The position numbers and the translations under genes are program-made. Positions 1 through 10,713 of a stretch of DNA of 64,000 nt are shown in pieces. The notes beneath the pieces were generated by a model, which saw only the letters and a list, made by a program, of their open reading frames with translations, ran no database searches and was not told the origin of the DNA. The number at the start of each line of letters is the position of its first letter. Positions within the stretch are counted from its first letter, which is position 1. The DNA lies in assembly GCA_035344255.1 (NCBI GenBank), contig DAORAP010000014.1, forward strand, positions 2,105 to 66,104, in the 5' to 3' direction. Source of the DNA: Nitrospirales bacterium. Lineage in GTDB: Bacteria; Nitrospirota; Nitrospiria; Nitrospirales; UBA8639.

Positions 1-684
1 TGCAGAAATTTCCTTGAGGGCCACGCTAATCTCGGTAAGAGTAGAAAGATCATCGACATTGGCGGGACGATGCAGAGTCACCAAGCCATAGGAATCGGGG
101 TCCAAATTAAATCGTTGCCAAGGTTTCCCAGCCAAGGCCTTATCTAGATGGGTCATTAGGCTATCAATCATCGTATTCCCAACAAAGTGAATCTGATTTT
201 GAGAAATTCCCTCTTTAAGCAAATTGTTGTTTCCGCTTGGCTCAGTCGTAAAAAGTATGGATGCCAGATGATCAGTCACAATCCTATTAATTTCCTCGGG
301 CATGGAACGGTCAAACGAACGCAAACCCGATTCTACATGGGCAACTGGAATATGAAGCTTAGCAGCAACCAGTGCACAGGCAAGTGTCGAATTGACATCA
401 CCCGCGACCACAACCAGAGCAGGGCTTTGCTCCAGGCAAAGTTTTTCAAAAGATACCATAATACGTGCTGTCTGTTCCGCATGCGAACAAGATCCTACAC
501 CCAAAAAGGCATCCGGTTTCGGCATACCCAATTCATTAAAAAATACCGTCGACATTTGCGCATCATAATGTTGTCCAGTGTGTACACAAAATTGCAGCAA
601 CTCGCGCCGTGTGAGCTCGAGAATTACCGGCGCCATTTTCATGAAATTGGGACGTGCCCCTACCACCGTACAAATTTTAATCAT
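1..684 (-). CDS. wecB: UDP-N-acetylglucosamine 2-epimerase (non-hydrolysing), 3'-truncated by the window edge; absent from the ORF track
   Basis: Manual translation from ATG 684: MIKICTVVGARPNFMKMAPV...HTGQHYD...VAGDVNSTLACALVAAKLHIPVAHVESGLRSFDRSMPEEINRIVTDH...VGNTMID...VTLHRPANVD. The frame is open to position 1, and the start overlaps the upstream GT stop (ATGA). Confidence 0.93.
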   Translation of the reverse strand, partial: MIKICTVVGARPNFMKMAPVILELTRRELLQFCVHTGQHYDAQMSTVFFNELGMPKPDAFLGVGSCSHAEQTARIMVSFEKLCLEQSPALVVVAGDVNSTLACALVAAKLHIPVAHVESGLRSFDRSMPEEINRIVTDHLASILFTTEPSGNNNLLKEGISQNQIHFVGNTMIDSLMTHLDKALAGKPWQRFNLDPDSYGLVTLHRPANVDDLSTLTEISVALKEISA

Positions 685-1892
685 AAACAAGATTCCAAAT
701 GGTCAATGAAGCCCCCGGCAATAGTGGTCCGGTCATAATATTTTTCAGCCACCTGCCGTCCATTCTCACCAAAAACCTTACGAAGGTCGGGCCGTGTATA
801 CAGAGTCCGAATCGCCTGGACTAAGCTCGCGACATCCCCAGGCTCCACCACAATTCCGGTTTGATGGTCGCGCACAATTTCAGCTGCCTCTCCACTCGCA
901 ACCAATATTACTGGGCGTCCGCTGGCCATCGCTTCGTATAACTTGGAAGGGACAGCTCCGGTTATGTAAATCTTGAGGGGCACTAAGACAATATCAGCAG
1001 CGGCAACCAAAGCCGGAATTTCCTGGGCTGGACGGGATTCCAGAAAACACACATTATGCAGATCACTCTGCCTGGCCAGCTCAACCAAGGAACCTTTTGT
1101 GGGGCCATTACCAAGCAGCACAAACTTCAAATTAACCTCTGAGCGGAGCAAGTGTGCAGCAGCCAGGGCTTGTTCCAAACCTTGAGCCAGCCCATGTAGA
1201 CCGGCGTAAAAAACCACACAGTCCTTGCCATGGCCTAAAATTTCACGCGATTCTTGAGTGCTCCTCCTCGGGTGAAATATTTTAGTATCGACTCCATTCG
1301 AAAGATGAAAGGTGGGTCGACTGGGAAAGCGTGTCCGAATATCTTCCATGATGCTCTTGGATTGACCCGTTATCAGCCATGCTTGCTGGTAGCAAAATTT
1401 CTCCAATCTTGCACTTATTCGATAGCCAAAACTATTTTTCTTTAATACTCCCAATTGTACAGCAGATTCGGGCCAGAGGTCTGAGACATTAAAAATCATT
1501 CGCATCCGCTTCAGCCAGCTTAACCAAAAACCAGACAACCCCAGAAAAAGTGGCGGACTTTCTACAAACAAAAAATCAGCTTTAGGAAGTACCACAGCGC
1601 CTAGGAAGGCAGAAGACAGCGTAAATGAAAAATAGTTCGTTAACCTATGCAAAAAGTCAGCTTTTTGTGTGGGATATATGAATGTCCGGATAATACGTAG
1701 CCTCTCATGAGTTTCATTTCGAATGACACCCCCGTAACCGTCGAAAATCCTGCCTTGGGGATAATTAGGCATTCCAGCCAACACGGTGACCGTATGACCT
1801 CGCTGGATAAAATGACGACATAACTCTGAAAGTCTCGCCTGTGGTGCACCAACCTCGGGAGGATAATACTGTGTTAAAAAAGTGATTTTCAT
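681..1892 (-). CDS. Glycosyltransferase family 4 (WbuB/WcaI-like)
   Basis: 403 aa. N-terminal FLTQYYPPEVGAPQARL, PNYPQG, YAGLHGLAQGLE and VPSKLYEAMASGRPVI GT-B motifs. Confidence 0.9.
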   Translation of the reverse strand: MKITFLTQYYPPEVGAPQARLSELCRHFIQRGHTVTVLAGMPNYPQGRIFDGYGGVIRNETHERLRIIRTFIYPTQKADFLHRLTNYFSFTLSSAFLGAVVLPKADFLFVESPPLFLGLSGFWLSWLKRMRMIFNVSDLWPESAVQLGVLKKNSFGYRISARLEKFCYQQAWLITGQSKSIMEDIRTRFPSRPTFHLSNGVDTKIFHPRRSTQESREILGHGKDCVVFYAGLHGLAQGLEQALAAAHLLRSEVNLKFVLLGNGPTKGSLVELARQSDLHNVCFLESRPAQEIPALVAAADIVLVPLKIYITGAVPSKLYEAMASGRPVILVASGEAAEIVRDHQTGIVVEPGDVASLVQAIRTLYTRPDLRKVFGENGRQVAEKYYDRTTIAGGFIDHLESCL

Positions 1893-1944
1893 TAATGACT
1901 TAATTTTTGGTGATTAGGGGACATCGCAACCATCCGGTACTAGC

Positions 1945-3640
1945 CCTCAAATAAGCGCGTTTGGATTTCTTGTCCATTTTTGACCCCTTGACATGCCATG
2001 GAAACTGGGAAGAGGCCATGACCCTTCCTTGGCGAACGCTTGGCAACCGGCACGTCGAGGGTGGTCCGCTAGCCAAAGCGGGTTCGTTCGATGGTGTTTC
2101 ATGCACTGAAGAGCCGATCAAGCATAGGCTGATAGCCAAGGATCCGGACGACAATGGTTCGAGCTCGGCGCACCACACGACCGGGGATCAGAATCATGCT
2201 ATTCATGAAACGTCGAAACTCCATGCGAATGGGGACGTCGCGATCACTCTTCAGGTGCAGCATCATGGCGAACCATGATTTGAGGTTCCAGGCCAGGGTG
2301 GCCATGACAATAGAGGCCTAGTTGCTGAGGAGATCCTAGACCGGCAGGCGAATCGTATGCCCCCGTGCTTGAGTTGCTTAATGACATTTTCCTGATCACA
2401 CCGCTCATTGGCGCACACCACGACGGCGGCGGCCGTCAAGTCGGTACGTGTGGTGATGGAGAAGAAAGAGCGGATCTCATCGACCAGTACATTCTCCTTT
2501 TTCATCTTGCTGATGTTCTTGCGAAGAGCTACCCCGCGATACGGGCGGGAGCACTGGCCGAGCTGATACGCAAACTCGGCCACATCCTCGGAGTTGAGGT
2601 GTCGGTTGAGTTACTCGCGTTCTTTGACCATGCGTTCCCGCTCGTTTTTTTTGTAATAGCTCGCGCGTGGCTCCCGTCTGGAATGCGTCTGTGGGCTGGC
2701 GTGCTAGGCGGCGCCAGCCCTCCTCACTCAAGGCCTCGGCGCGTGTGCGCAGAGCCACCTGATTGTCCATACCGAAGATGAAGTCCGCCCGTTCGGCCCA
2801 CCAGTCGAAATACGTGGTGAGCGAGAAATCCTTATCCCCACCAATACAGAGGCGCGGCGCCCCTCGAGGGCTGGGCCCCTTGCCCGGAGGATTGATCACA
2901 GACAAGACTTCTTTGGTGTTGGCTACCGAGAGAATCAAGGGAGCATTGCCCCAGATGCCCTTGTAGGAAATGTCGCTCCCTTCTTGGCACTCCACACCAG
3001 TCGGTGCAATCGTCCCATCGATATCCAGATAAGTGATGGGCCCCAGCCCTTCGGCTCCTCGCCTGCTCCAAAGTTTGGGCCGTCTCGCATGAATCGATTT
3101 CATCAGCGTCACCATATCCGTCTCCGAAAAGCGTCGAGTGAAGTTGCCCGCGGTGGTGGGATCTGGGATCAAATCCGCATCCAAGCCGTTCCTCGAGGCC
3201 ACGTCATGGCGGAGCCACGCAATGTCATCCAGCCGTGTCCCGCCGCACAGGATATTGTACGCGATATTCAAGACATGATCAGACTCATGATACCGAAAAT
3301 GCACCTTCAACAGCCCCAAAGCGGCATCAACCTGCTACCGTAACCCAATTTGGGCATTCGCCGAGACACGGGGGCGATCCCCTCCACCACTCATCGCATC
3401 GAGGTGGCTCCCAACCTCTTAGTGCGCGTGGCCAAGCTTTCACATGGGCCGTGCCTGTGCGGTCCAGTATCCAGCTTACGCATGCCGCGCCCACGGCTCT
3501 GTGTATTGCTACGCTTCTTCACCGGAAAGGCCTCCTTTGTGTGTGGGATGATTGGTTCACTCAAACGCATCATAACCAATATTGGCAGGCTTATCCGGCC
3601 TTTTTGGGTGATGCTAAAATTAAATCACGCTTGTTCAAGG
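1945..3640 (-). mobile_element. Degenerate IS1380-family element
   Basis: Transposase fragments 3391-3579, 2477-3319 (IPDPTTAGNFTRRF, YLDIDGT, YKGIWG), 2263-2583 (ANERCDQENVIKQLKHG) and 2099-2305 (MATLAWNLKSWF, IPGRVVRRARTIVVRI). Imperfect terminal IRs CCTCAAATAAGCGCG / CCTTGAACAAGCGTG. About 1.7 kb; no TSD seen. Confidence 0.8.
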
Positions 3641-3989
3641 CATAGAACAAACTCATAATTAATAAACGAAATTTCTCTTTTCGTTGTTCGACCAACTTTT
3701 CGCAATTCCCTAAGTATATTTTCTGTTGGGAGTTTAAGGTCCTGCACGCGAGTCGGGACCCGTGAAATGGCAGCTCTGTGTAAAGAGAAAAATTCTAAGT
3801 TCGAGGCGTCGCGAAATTGGAATTTCCTAGCAGTTCTATCAGCTGCACTCCGCTTATTATTTGACTCATTATCTGAGAGTAGATATTAAATTTGGCGAGT
3901 CGGTCGTACCAAAGGTGTGGCACGTCTATCCCAAAACGCCGACAATTCTCATAATACTATACCGATGTCTTCCAAAGCTACCAAGTCTT

Positions 3990-5210
3990 TGACCCTTCCC
4001 CTAAACTAGACCGCCAATTACTGGAATTTGGCCCTCTTTCGTAGCCCGGTTGTCATGATCTGCTTCATAAATTCCTGAGGCATTAAATGCCCTAAGAGCT
4101 GTGAGGCCCGTTCTCATTACAATCGATCCGACACGCTCCAATCTTTTGCCGTGCATCATGCAAGGAGACAAACACGTTGGCATTGAGAAGCTCATCCCGC
4201 AACCTCCCGTTGAAACTCTCAAAAACCGCATTCCATACCGGTTTCCCAGATCGAATGAATCCAGTTTGACTCCATGCACATAGGCCCAAACATGGAGAGC
4301 TTTTGAGGATAACTCACGACTTTTATCAACGGTAATCATCTTGGTAAACGCCGTTCACTTGGCTACCCGTTCTAATACTCCAACGATTTACCGGCCGGTG
4401 AGCGCCGCGTCTACATCTATGATTGGACATGCACGGGTATAATTACCCACGACCAACCGTCAAAGCTCGGAATCATCTGCCATCCAGCAGAAATTCTGGC
4501 AAAAAACCCATACTCCACCGTTCGTTGCCCTGGCTCGGTGCTGCGGGAAAGATGCGGAGCGTACTAGCTCGCTTCTGCCACCGCCGCAATCGACTGTGAG
4601 ATCTTCTTCGCGATAAATCCGATGCACTAGTTTGCGATTGACTACCCAGCCTTCCCGTTTCAGCAACACATGAATTCGCTGAAATCCAAACCGGGGACGG
4701 GCCTGCGCAAACTGGCAAATGCCCCCACAAATCTCCCGGTCTTCTCGCGGATGCGGGCAATAATACCGACTAGCCCGATTGAACCTCAGTAGCCCATACG
4801 CACGTCGCACCCGATCGGAAACCGTCGTACCAGCTCCGTTACTAGGGCACCCTTTCGTTGGGGGCCTTTACAACTTTTTTTGCGATCACCTCCTGCAGCA
4901 TCACCTTATCGAGCATCAAATCGGCAACCGGCTGTTTGAGCTTTCGATTTTCGTCCTCCTGCCTTAACCGCCGGATTTCCGCGATGCCCATCTGACTATT
5001 TTTTTACACCACAGATAATAAGTGGCCGCACTGGCCCCCGATTTCTTGTCACCTCGATGACGGGGGCTCCAGCATCCACGTCTCACAGCGCGGTTGCAAT
5101 CTGTTCCTCCGAATACTTTCTCTTCTTCATCGTTTCCCTCCCAGGTTGAAGGTCTGCAGCGTAGCAAATCTTCTCACTTTGGCCTGGTCTACTTTTTGGG
5201 GAGGAAATCA
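3990..5210 (-). mobile_element. Degenerate IS3-family element (IS407-like)
   Basis: IRs TGACCCTTCCCCTAAACTAGACC / TGATTTCCTCCCCAAAAAGTAGACC. orfA MKKRKYSEEQIATAL; orfB pieces ARPRFGFQRIHVLLKREGWVVNRKLVHRIYREE and NAVFESFNGRLRDELLN, broken by frameshifts. Confidence 0.85.
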
Positions 5211-5273
5211 GGCCTACCCTGTCCCCAAAGAAAGCTATCAGTAAAGATTTGTCGTGGATGGGGATGCTTATTT

Positions 5274-6644
5274 TCAATAAACTTGTACATTCCGTGGAGA
5301 AGCAGGTCGTTCCGAAACGCTAGGCAATGATGAACCTGAAAAAGAGTATGCTCCAATATCGAATGGCCCTTCTAGATTTCTTTGAACATTGTCATAATCA
5401 ATTTTCACTTCATTAAGCACGACTCCTTTCCCTATTGCAGGGCTCCCTGGCTGCAAATGGAAATCTGCATTTTTAGCATTAACAAAGAGGGGATCCTTGT
5501 AAATTGTGTTGGAGATTGTTGCTGATCCTTGATTGCGTATACGAAAACTTTCATGGGGATGATAAATTGCATTGTAATCCAGAACCGCCCCGGAGCTGCC
5601 ATCCAGAAAAACCGTAAAAGCGTTGTCGCTGACCCCGAAGAATATATTATTCTTAATTGTCACAGGCAAGGTCCCTACCCGCAATAACAACTCCCCCTCC
5701 ACATTGCCATACGACGTATTGTTGTAGAGCAGGACATTGGAAATTCCACCCTCAACGTGAAACCCATATCGATTAACCTTCGGTCCCCATCCGTTTCGAT
5801 AAGCCAGATTGTTGATAAGCGTCACATTAGTGTTCTTACCCCCAATGCGAAATCCGGATCGCCCATTATCATGGACGGTGTTACCAATGTAAATATTGTT
5901 GTCTGGCACGTGGGGTGGGGGATGATTCGAATAGTGATGAATGCCATACGCCCCATTATGATGAACGTCACATCCCATCATTAGATTATTCCCACTCGCC
6001 ATGTAAATCCCATATGGGCCCTGGGAGTATCCATAAGCGGGATTATTATGATCTGCGTGATGCAAGTTCAGATTGATAAATTCATTATGGGTCGCGTTTC
6101 TGGTCAAAATAGCATTGCTATAAGTGTTCCGTATTTCCAAGTTGATCAGACGAATATGATGCGACGGATTGGAATAGTCATAGGCTCGGTCAAAGTAAAA
6201 CCCTCCATCACCCCCATTCCTGAGCCCACTGCGAAGCCCATCAAGGATCAACCCGTCAAAGATGATGTAAGATTTATTATTGGGAAGGAGAATCACATCA
6301 GTCCCTTTCTCCGTGGGATCTTGCGGTGTAATGATCACTTCCTCGTTCTTATACGCCTGAACGGTGGTGGCTGTTGCCCATGACCCACCACCACTTGGGA
6401 CATCGAGATACTGAGCCGTTCGCCGATACGTCCCACCACGAATAAACATGGTGTCGCCAGAGGCCATGACATTGGCGGCTTTTTCGAGCGTGAGAAATGG
6501 AGATCCAATGGTCCCGGAGTTGGAATCATTGCCCGTCGTCGCGACAAAAAACTCAGCCGCACGCACCCCTCTGGGGTTTAAGCTGATAACCATTACCCCT
6601 ACTAGGCAAAGCATTATCATCCTATTAGTATTCCAATGTTTCAT
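5274..6644 (-). CDS. Secreted right-handed parallel beta-helix (pectin lyase-like) protein, paralog 1
   Basis: Signal peptide ending VRA-AEFFVATTGNDSNSGT (DUF1565-like start), Asn/Gly-rich PbH1-type repeats, and C-terminal DPLFVN..DFHLQPGSPAIG..DIGAY. GGAGG RBS precedes ATG 6644 (the ORF track starts at GTG 6650). Confidence 0.82.
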   Translation of the reverse strand: MKHWNTNRMIMLCLVGVMVISLNPRGVRAAEFFVATTGNDSNSGTIGSPFLTLEKAANVMASGDTMFIRGGTYRRTAQYLDVPSGGGSWATATTVQAYKNEEVIITPQDPTEKGTDVILLPNNKSYIIFDGLILDGLRSGLRNGGDGGFYFDRAYDYSNPSHHIRLINLEIRNTYSNAILTRNATHNEFINLNLHHADHNNPAYGYSQGPYGIYMASGNNLMMGCDVHHNGAYGIHHYSNHPPPHVPDNNIYIGNTVHDNGRSGFRIGGKNTNVTLINNLAYRNGWGPKVNRYGFHVEGGISNVLLYNNTSYGNVEGELLLRVGTLPVTIKNNIFFGVSDNAFTVFLDGSSGAVLDYNAIYHPHESFRIRNQGSATISNTIYKDPLFVNAKNADFHLQPGSPAIGKGVVLNEVKIDYDNVQRNLEGPFDIGAYSFSGSSLPSVSERPASPRNVQVY

Positions 6645-7779
6645 TTCCACCCTCCGGAAACAAATAATAGTAGGTAATTGATTGTTGATTCATTTCACTT
6701 CCAATGTTTTCGACAGAACCAGCAAATACTTTATACATATGTATCTAGATGATACTTCTTGTTCCTTTCAATTTTAACATTCTCAATTTAAAAACAAGTT
6801 TTTGATTATTTCTTTTTTTGTTATTCCGGGTTTTATGTGGACAAACCCATCGGCCAATGCTTGAGACCATGCAAAGAGGTGGCCGGATGAAAATCCACGA
6901 CTTGAGAAATTCAAGGATATCTCGAAAAACTAGATGGTGCGCCAGTCTTGCCACCCCGCATCCTAAATAACCGATTCGTAGAAAATGTGCGCCTCTGCCA
7001 GAGCCAGGCGTTGAAGGCAGCACCAACCTATTTCTGAATATTGCCTGCTTGTCAAATCTTGACAGGTGGGGTTTGACTAAGGTTGTATACTTGGCTTTGC
7101 GATTTGAACACCAAAGGAGAGAATAAACTTTTGGGGATCTAAATAGGCGAATCCGAGGACGGAAAAATATTGTTTTCCCTCTTGGCCCAACACCAGGCCC
7201 GGTTGATCAGGAAAATGATGTATCCTGAAATACTTCATATAAGCTGGTTGCCCAATCCCCCTCGAGAGGATGCTCTCAGGCAGGAAAATCAAACTCTGGT
7301 TTGTGCATACGGTTGGCAGCACTTACGGATTGTCAACTGGAAAAACGTCGTACCGTCGCCAAGAATCTCCCAGTCATCTAGGGGGCGGCTACCCAGTAAG
7401 AGGCGGAGCACGTGTTTAACAAGTTTGGGACGAAGTGGAGTTTCAGATATTAAGAATCAGTGCGAGTTAAAAACGAAACTGGGATTGATTCACGGTATGT
7501 TTTGACTATCCACCGGAAATCCGGGAAAAAACTCCTGTCCAACCCATGCCATTGAATTTCTGATTGCTTCGTGACACAAAGTGCCCAAAATCCTTTGCTC
7601 GTTTTTGACTGGCATAACAAACCCCAAATTCCTGTATTTGGAGATAACAGGAATTCCCGAGAAATGGTCGGTTCCGATTCCTGAGTGGAATCGTGATGGT
7701 AAAATTTTTGCCATTTCTTGTTGGGAAATAGGGTGACGACACCAAAATCTCAGATTTAGTTACACCGGAAAATCGCCCG

Positions 7780-7803
7780 GCCCCTTTTTGCTGCCAAAAG
7801 GGC
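7780..7803. terminator. Short GC-closed hairpin (GCCCTTTT...AAAAGGGC), possible terminator
   Basis: Inverted repeat in a long non-coding stretch. Function is not established and the coordinates are approximate. Confidence 0.3.
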
Positions 7804-8907
7804 TTCAGTTTAGTTTCAAAGACGCTCGGTGCCTCAAGATTCCTCCATAAAAGTCCCTCTCAAACGTCGGTGACTTCCATTCTGCTAGGACTTTCAGGGC
7901 CATGCGACTCGATGCATTTCTTTGATCCTTGCGAAAAGTTGGCAATGGCGGAGCCAAGGACCTTTGGCCCGGTGGAATTTCCACCGCTCTAAGTATCTCG
8001 CAGAGGACCACCACCTACAGGAGCGCCCCTATCTCCGCGGATGCAACGGCAACAGTCCACTTCAATGGCCAATACCCCCACTTGGCCTCATCCTTCAAGA
8101 TCACCACCGGAGGGTCGCGCCGGTCGTCGTCACATCATGAACACAATCCCTAATTTCAGAAGTCGTACTTGCTCATAAATTTGGTCGGACAAGCGCACCA
8201 TAGATTGCCTCGGTAATTGATTAGACATTTTTAATTGTTCTTTTTATGGCACTTGGAGATGAGGATGACCATTAGAAAACACAAACGTTGGAATGCCAGC
8301 AGAAAGCCGAGGTGGCTCTTGTCTTGCGCGAGGATTAACTGTTGGAAGAGAATGAGTCGATTAATTGTTAAACCGGTACATGTTGTGCTCACGGGGTGGA
8401 AGGAGATTTTCCTGCGAGTGGCCAAGCCACGTTTCAAGTGGGCGAGTCCGCCAAGGAGAAGGCCCTGGAGGCAGAGAACGCGTCGCTAAAGGCAAAAAGG
8501 GGGGGTGCTGGTCATGGATTAACGACCTGCTACATGGAGAAGGTCCGTTGGCTGGAGAACTGTGTCCCTGTGCACTTGAGGTAATCGAAGGGTTGAGCGA
8601 GGCCTGCTCGATTTCCATGCAGCGCCGGCACGGATGGTCTCGTGAATATGGCGTATGTATTCCCGCGTTTGACCATGTCCGACTGGCAGAAGCCTCAAAG
8701 GGCGACCGGAAAGACGTCAATCGGCATGGTCGACGACCGCTGGCGAGCAATAAGGATTTGGTGGGAGCCATGACAGGTGCACGCGGGTTTGTCACAGGAG
8801 AGCTTACACGGCGAAGAGTACCGCAAGGGCTGGGAACGGATGCCACGGCGACGTGGAAGCCGAAGCAGGGGTGTAAGCTTCCCTGTCAAACGGACAGTTG
8901 ATAGGTA

Positions 8908-10713
8908 GTGCCTGTGAGCAAAGGTGATCTCCTAAGCTAGGCGGGGGTTTTCTGGTCTTTTCTGGTCTTTTCTGGTGGTGCATCCTTCGCATGAAGGGTG
9001 TACAACGCCTGAAAACAGCGAGAATTTCGTGTAGACTGCCGCATCATTCACCGACCATCCATGGCTTTTTGAGGAAGGAATGCGGAGATGCGGCAGCGCT
9101 TTGCACGGCAGTTGGGCTTACGGCAGACCCAGATTGAGCAGGTCCCCTTTCCCCCAAGAGTTGGGATGAATTGCCTCCGGTGTTGCGCGGGCTCCAGTGG
9201 ATATTTCAGACGCCCGAGATCAATGAGCAGATTTTTCAGCTATTGGGGCAGCGGGTCAAGGGAGGCAAGCAGCCGACGGTCGTCCCGGGATGGATCTTTG
9301 GCATGTCCTCGTTTTAGGAGTGGTGAGGCTGGCCTTTGAACTGTGCCTACGACCAGTTAGAATATTTGGTCCACTATGACACGTTACTGCGGCGCATCAT
9401 GGCTTGGAGTCCCACTTCCGTGGGGAGTTTGGCAAAGCCTTTTATCAAAGGACCTTGAGTGAGAAGGTCTGTCACGAGGACGAGGCACTCTAGGCCGAAA
9501 TCAATGCCATTGTAATCAAGGCGGGGCGGGTGATACGTAAAAAAAATGACGATGAGTCCCTTCGCGCCAAAAGTGACACGTACGTGCTCGAGACAAATGT
9601 GCATTTACCCAGGGATTTGAATCTTCTGTGGGATTCCTGTCGGAAATGTCTGGTCTTGCTTCCGCGGCTCGCACAGTTGTTCGATCTGCCCAGCTGGCGC
9701 AATTGAAATCCTTACTCCGAGCCTGTGGCACGATTCACCACGCGGGAGGCGCCAAGACGCCCGAACGGCTGGAAGCGGCGGTCAAAGCCTATCTGCAGAA
9801 AGCGTATGCGCTCGAGCAGAAAGCCTTTGCCAGTCTCGGCAAGCTGCGGGCCCAACCCTTGCCCCTAGTGGAGCAGCGTACCCTGGCGGAGGTGGAGGCC
9901 TTTCACGAGAAGCTGAGCCAGCATCTGGATCTCATCGAACGGCGGGTGCTCAAAAGCGAGAGGGCCCCCATGCCGAGAAAGACTTTTCGCTCTTTGAACC
10001 GCATACAGAATGGATCAGCAAAGGTAAAGCTTCGGCCCCTGTTAACTGGGACACAAGATTCTGCTTACGACGGACCAATGTAGCTTGATCCTGGACTTTA
10101 AGGTCATGGACCAGAGTAGTGATATAAAGGCAACGCTGCCGCTTGCCGATCGGCTCTTGGCCCTATTTGGCGAGGGCAGCCAGCAGAGCTAAAGTGTGGA
10201 TAAGGTTTTTAGCGCACAATAAGATCGGAGCCCTTAGAGTTGTTTATCCACGAGGTCATCATGCCGAAAAAGGGGCGACGGTCCTAAGGTGAATATGAAC
10301 GGAAAACCCAGAAGACCTTTCGCCGTTTGCGGCAACAGCACAGTGCGATTGAGTCGAACATCAAAGCGTTGGAACACCATGGGTTGAATCGGTGTCCCGA
10401 CAAAGGATGGTCGGGGTTTCAACGGTACGTCGGATTGGGCATCTTGGCCTACAATCTCCACACGACCGGCGACGCCAGCCGCCACTCAAGCGCGCCGCTT
10501 AGCGGCGCACGCTGCCGGAAGAAATACGGCAACCGAGGGCGACCTCTGCCATGAATCGACGGCGAGGTCATGGGTGAGGGCTCCCACCCAGTAAAGGGCA
10601 CGAATGGTGGGCGAGAAAAGACGTTTGGGAGTCCGAGGTCGAATGCCGAAGAGGGGTTTTGGAACAAGCTTCAGGAACATGCCCAGGGGAAAACGGTGTT
10701 TTCTCTCAGACAC
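8908..10713 (+). mobile_element. ISNCY/IS5-like DDE element (degenerate) inserted near the terminal IR of the IS407-group element
   Basis: IRs GTGCCTGTGAGCAAAG / GTGTCTGAGAGAAAAC (reverse complement), with a 6-bp TSD TAGGTA (8902-8907, 10714-10719). Fragments MRQRFARQLGL, HLDLIERRVLK and HSAIESNIKALEHHGLNRCPDKG..FQRYVGLGILAYNLH. Confidence 0.8.
8948..8976. repeat. 10-bp tandem repeat TTTTCTGGTC x about 3
   Basis: Directly visible just inside the left IR of the ISNCY-like element. Confidence 0.7.

Noticed and set aside
187-738. Plus-strand 183-aa ORF, and similar plus-strand ORFs (34730-35131, 42637-43242, 45361-46017, 61301-61687)
   Set aside because: Most are antisense shadows of well-supported minus-strand genes or IS elements, and none shows a recognisable motif. 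34730-35131 lies in a spacer, but I could not support it either.
7805-8200. Several short overlapping ORFs of 69-74 aa
   Set aside because: No consistent frame or motif on either strand. Probably decayed DNA; left unassigned.
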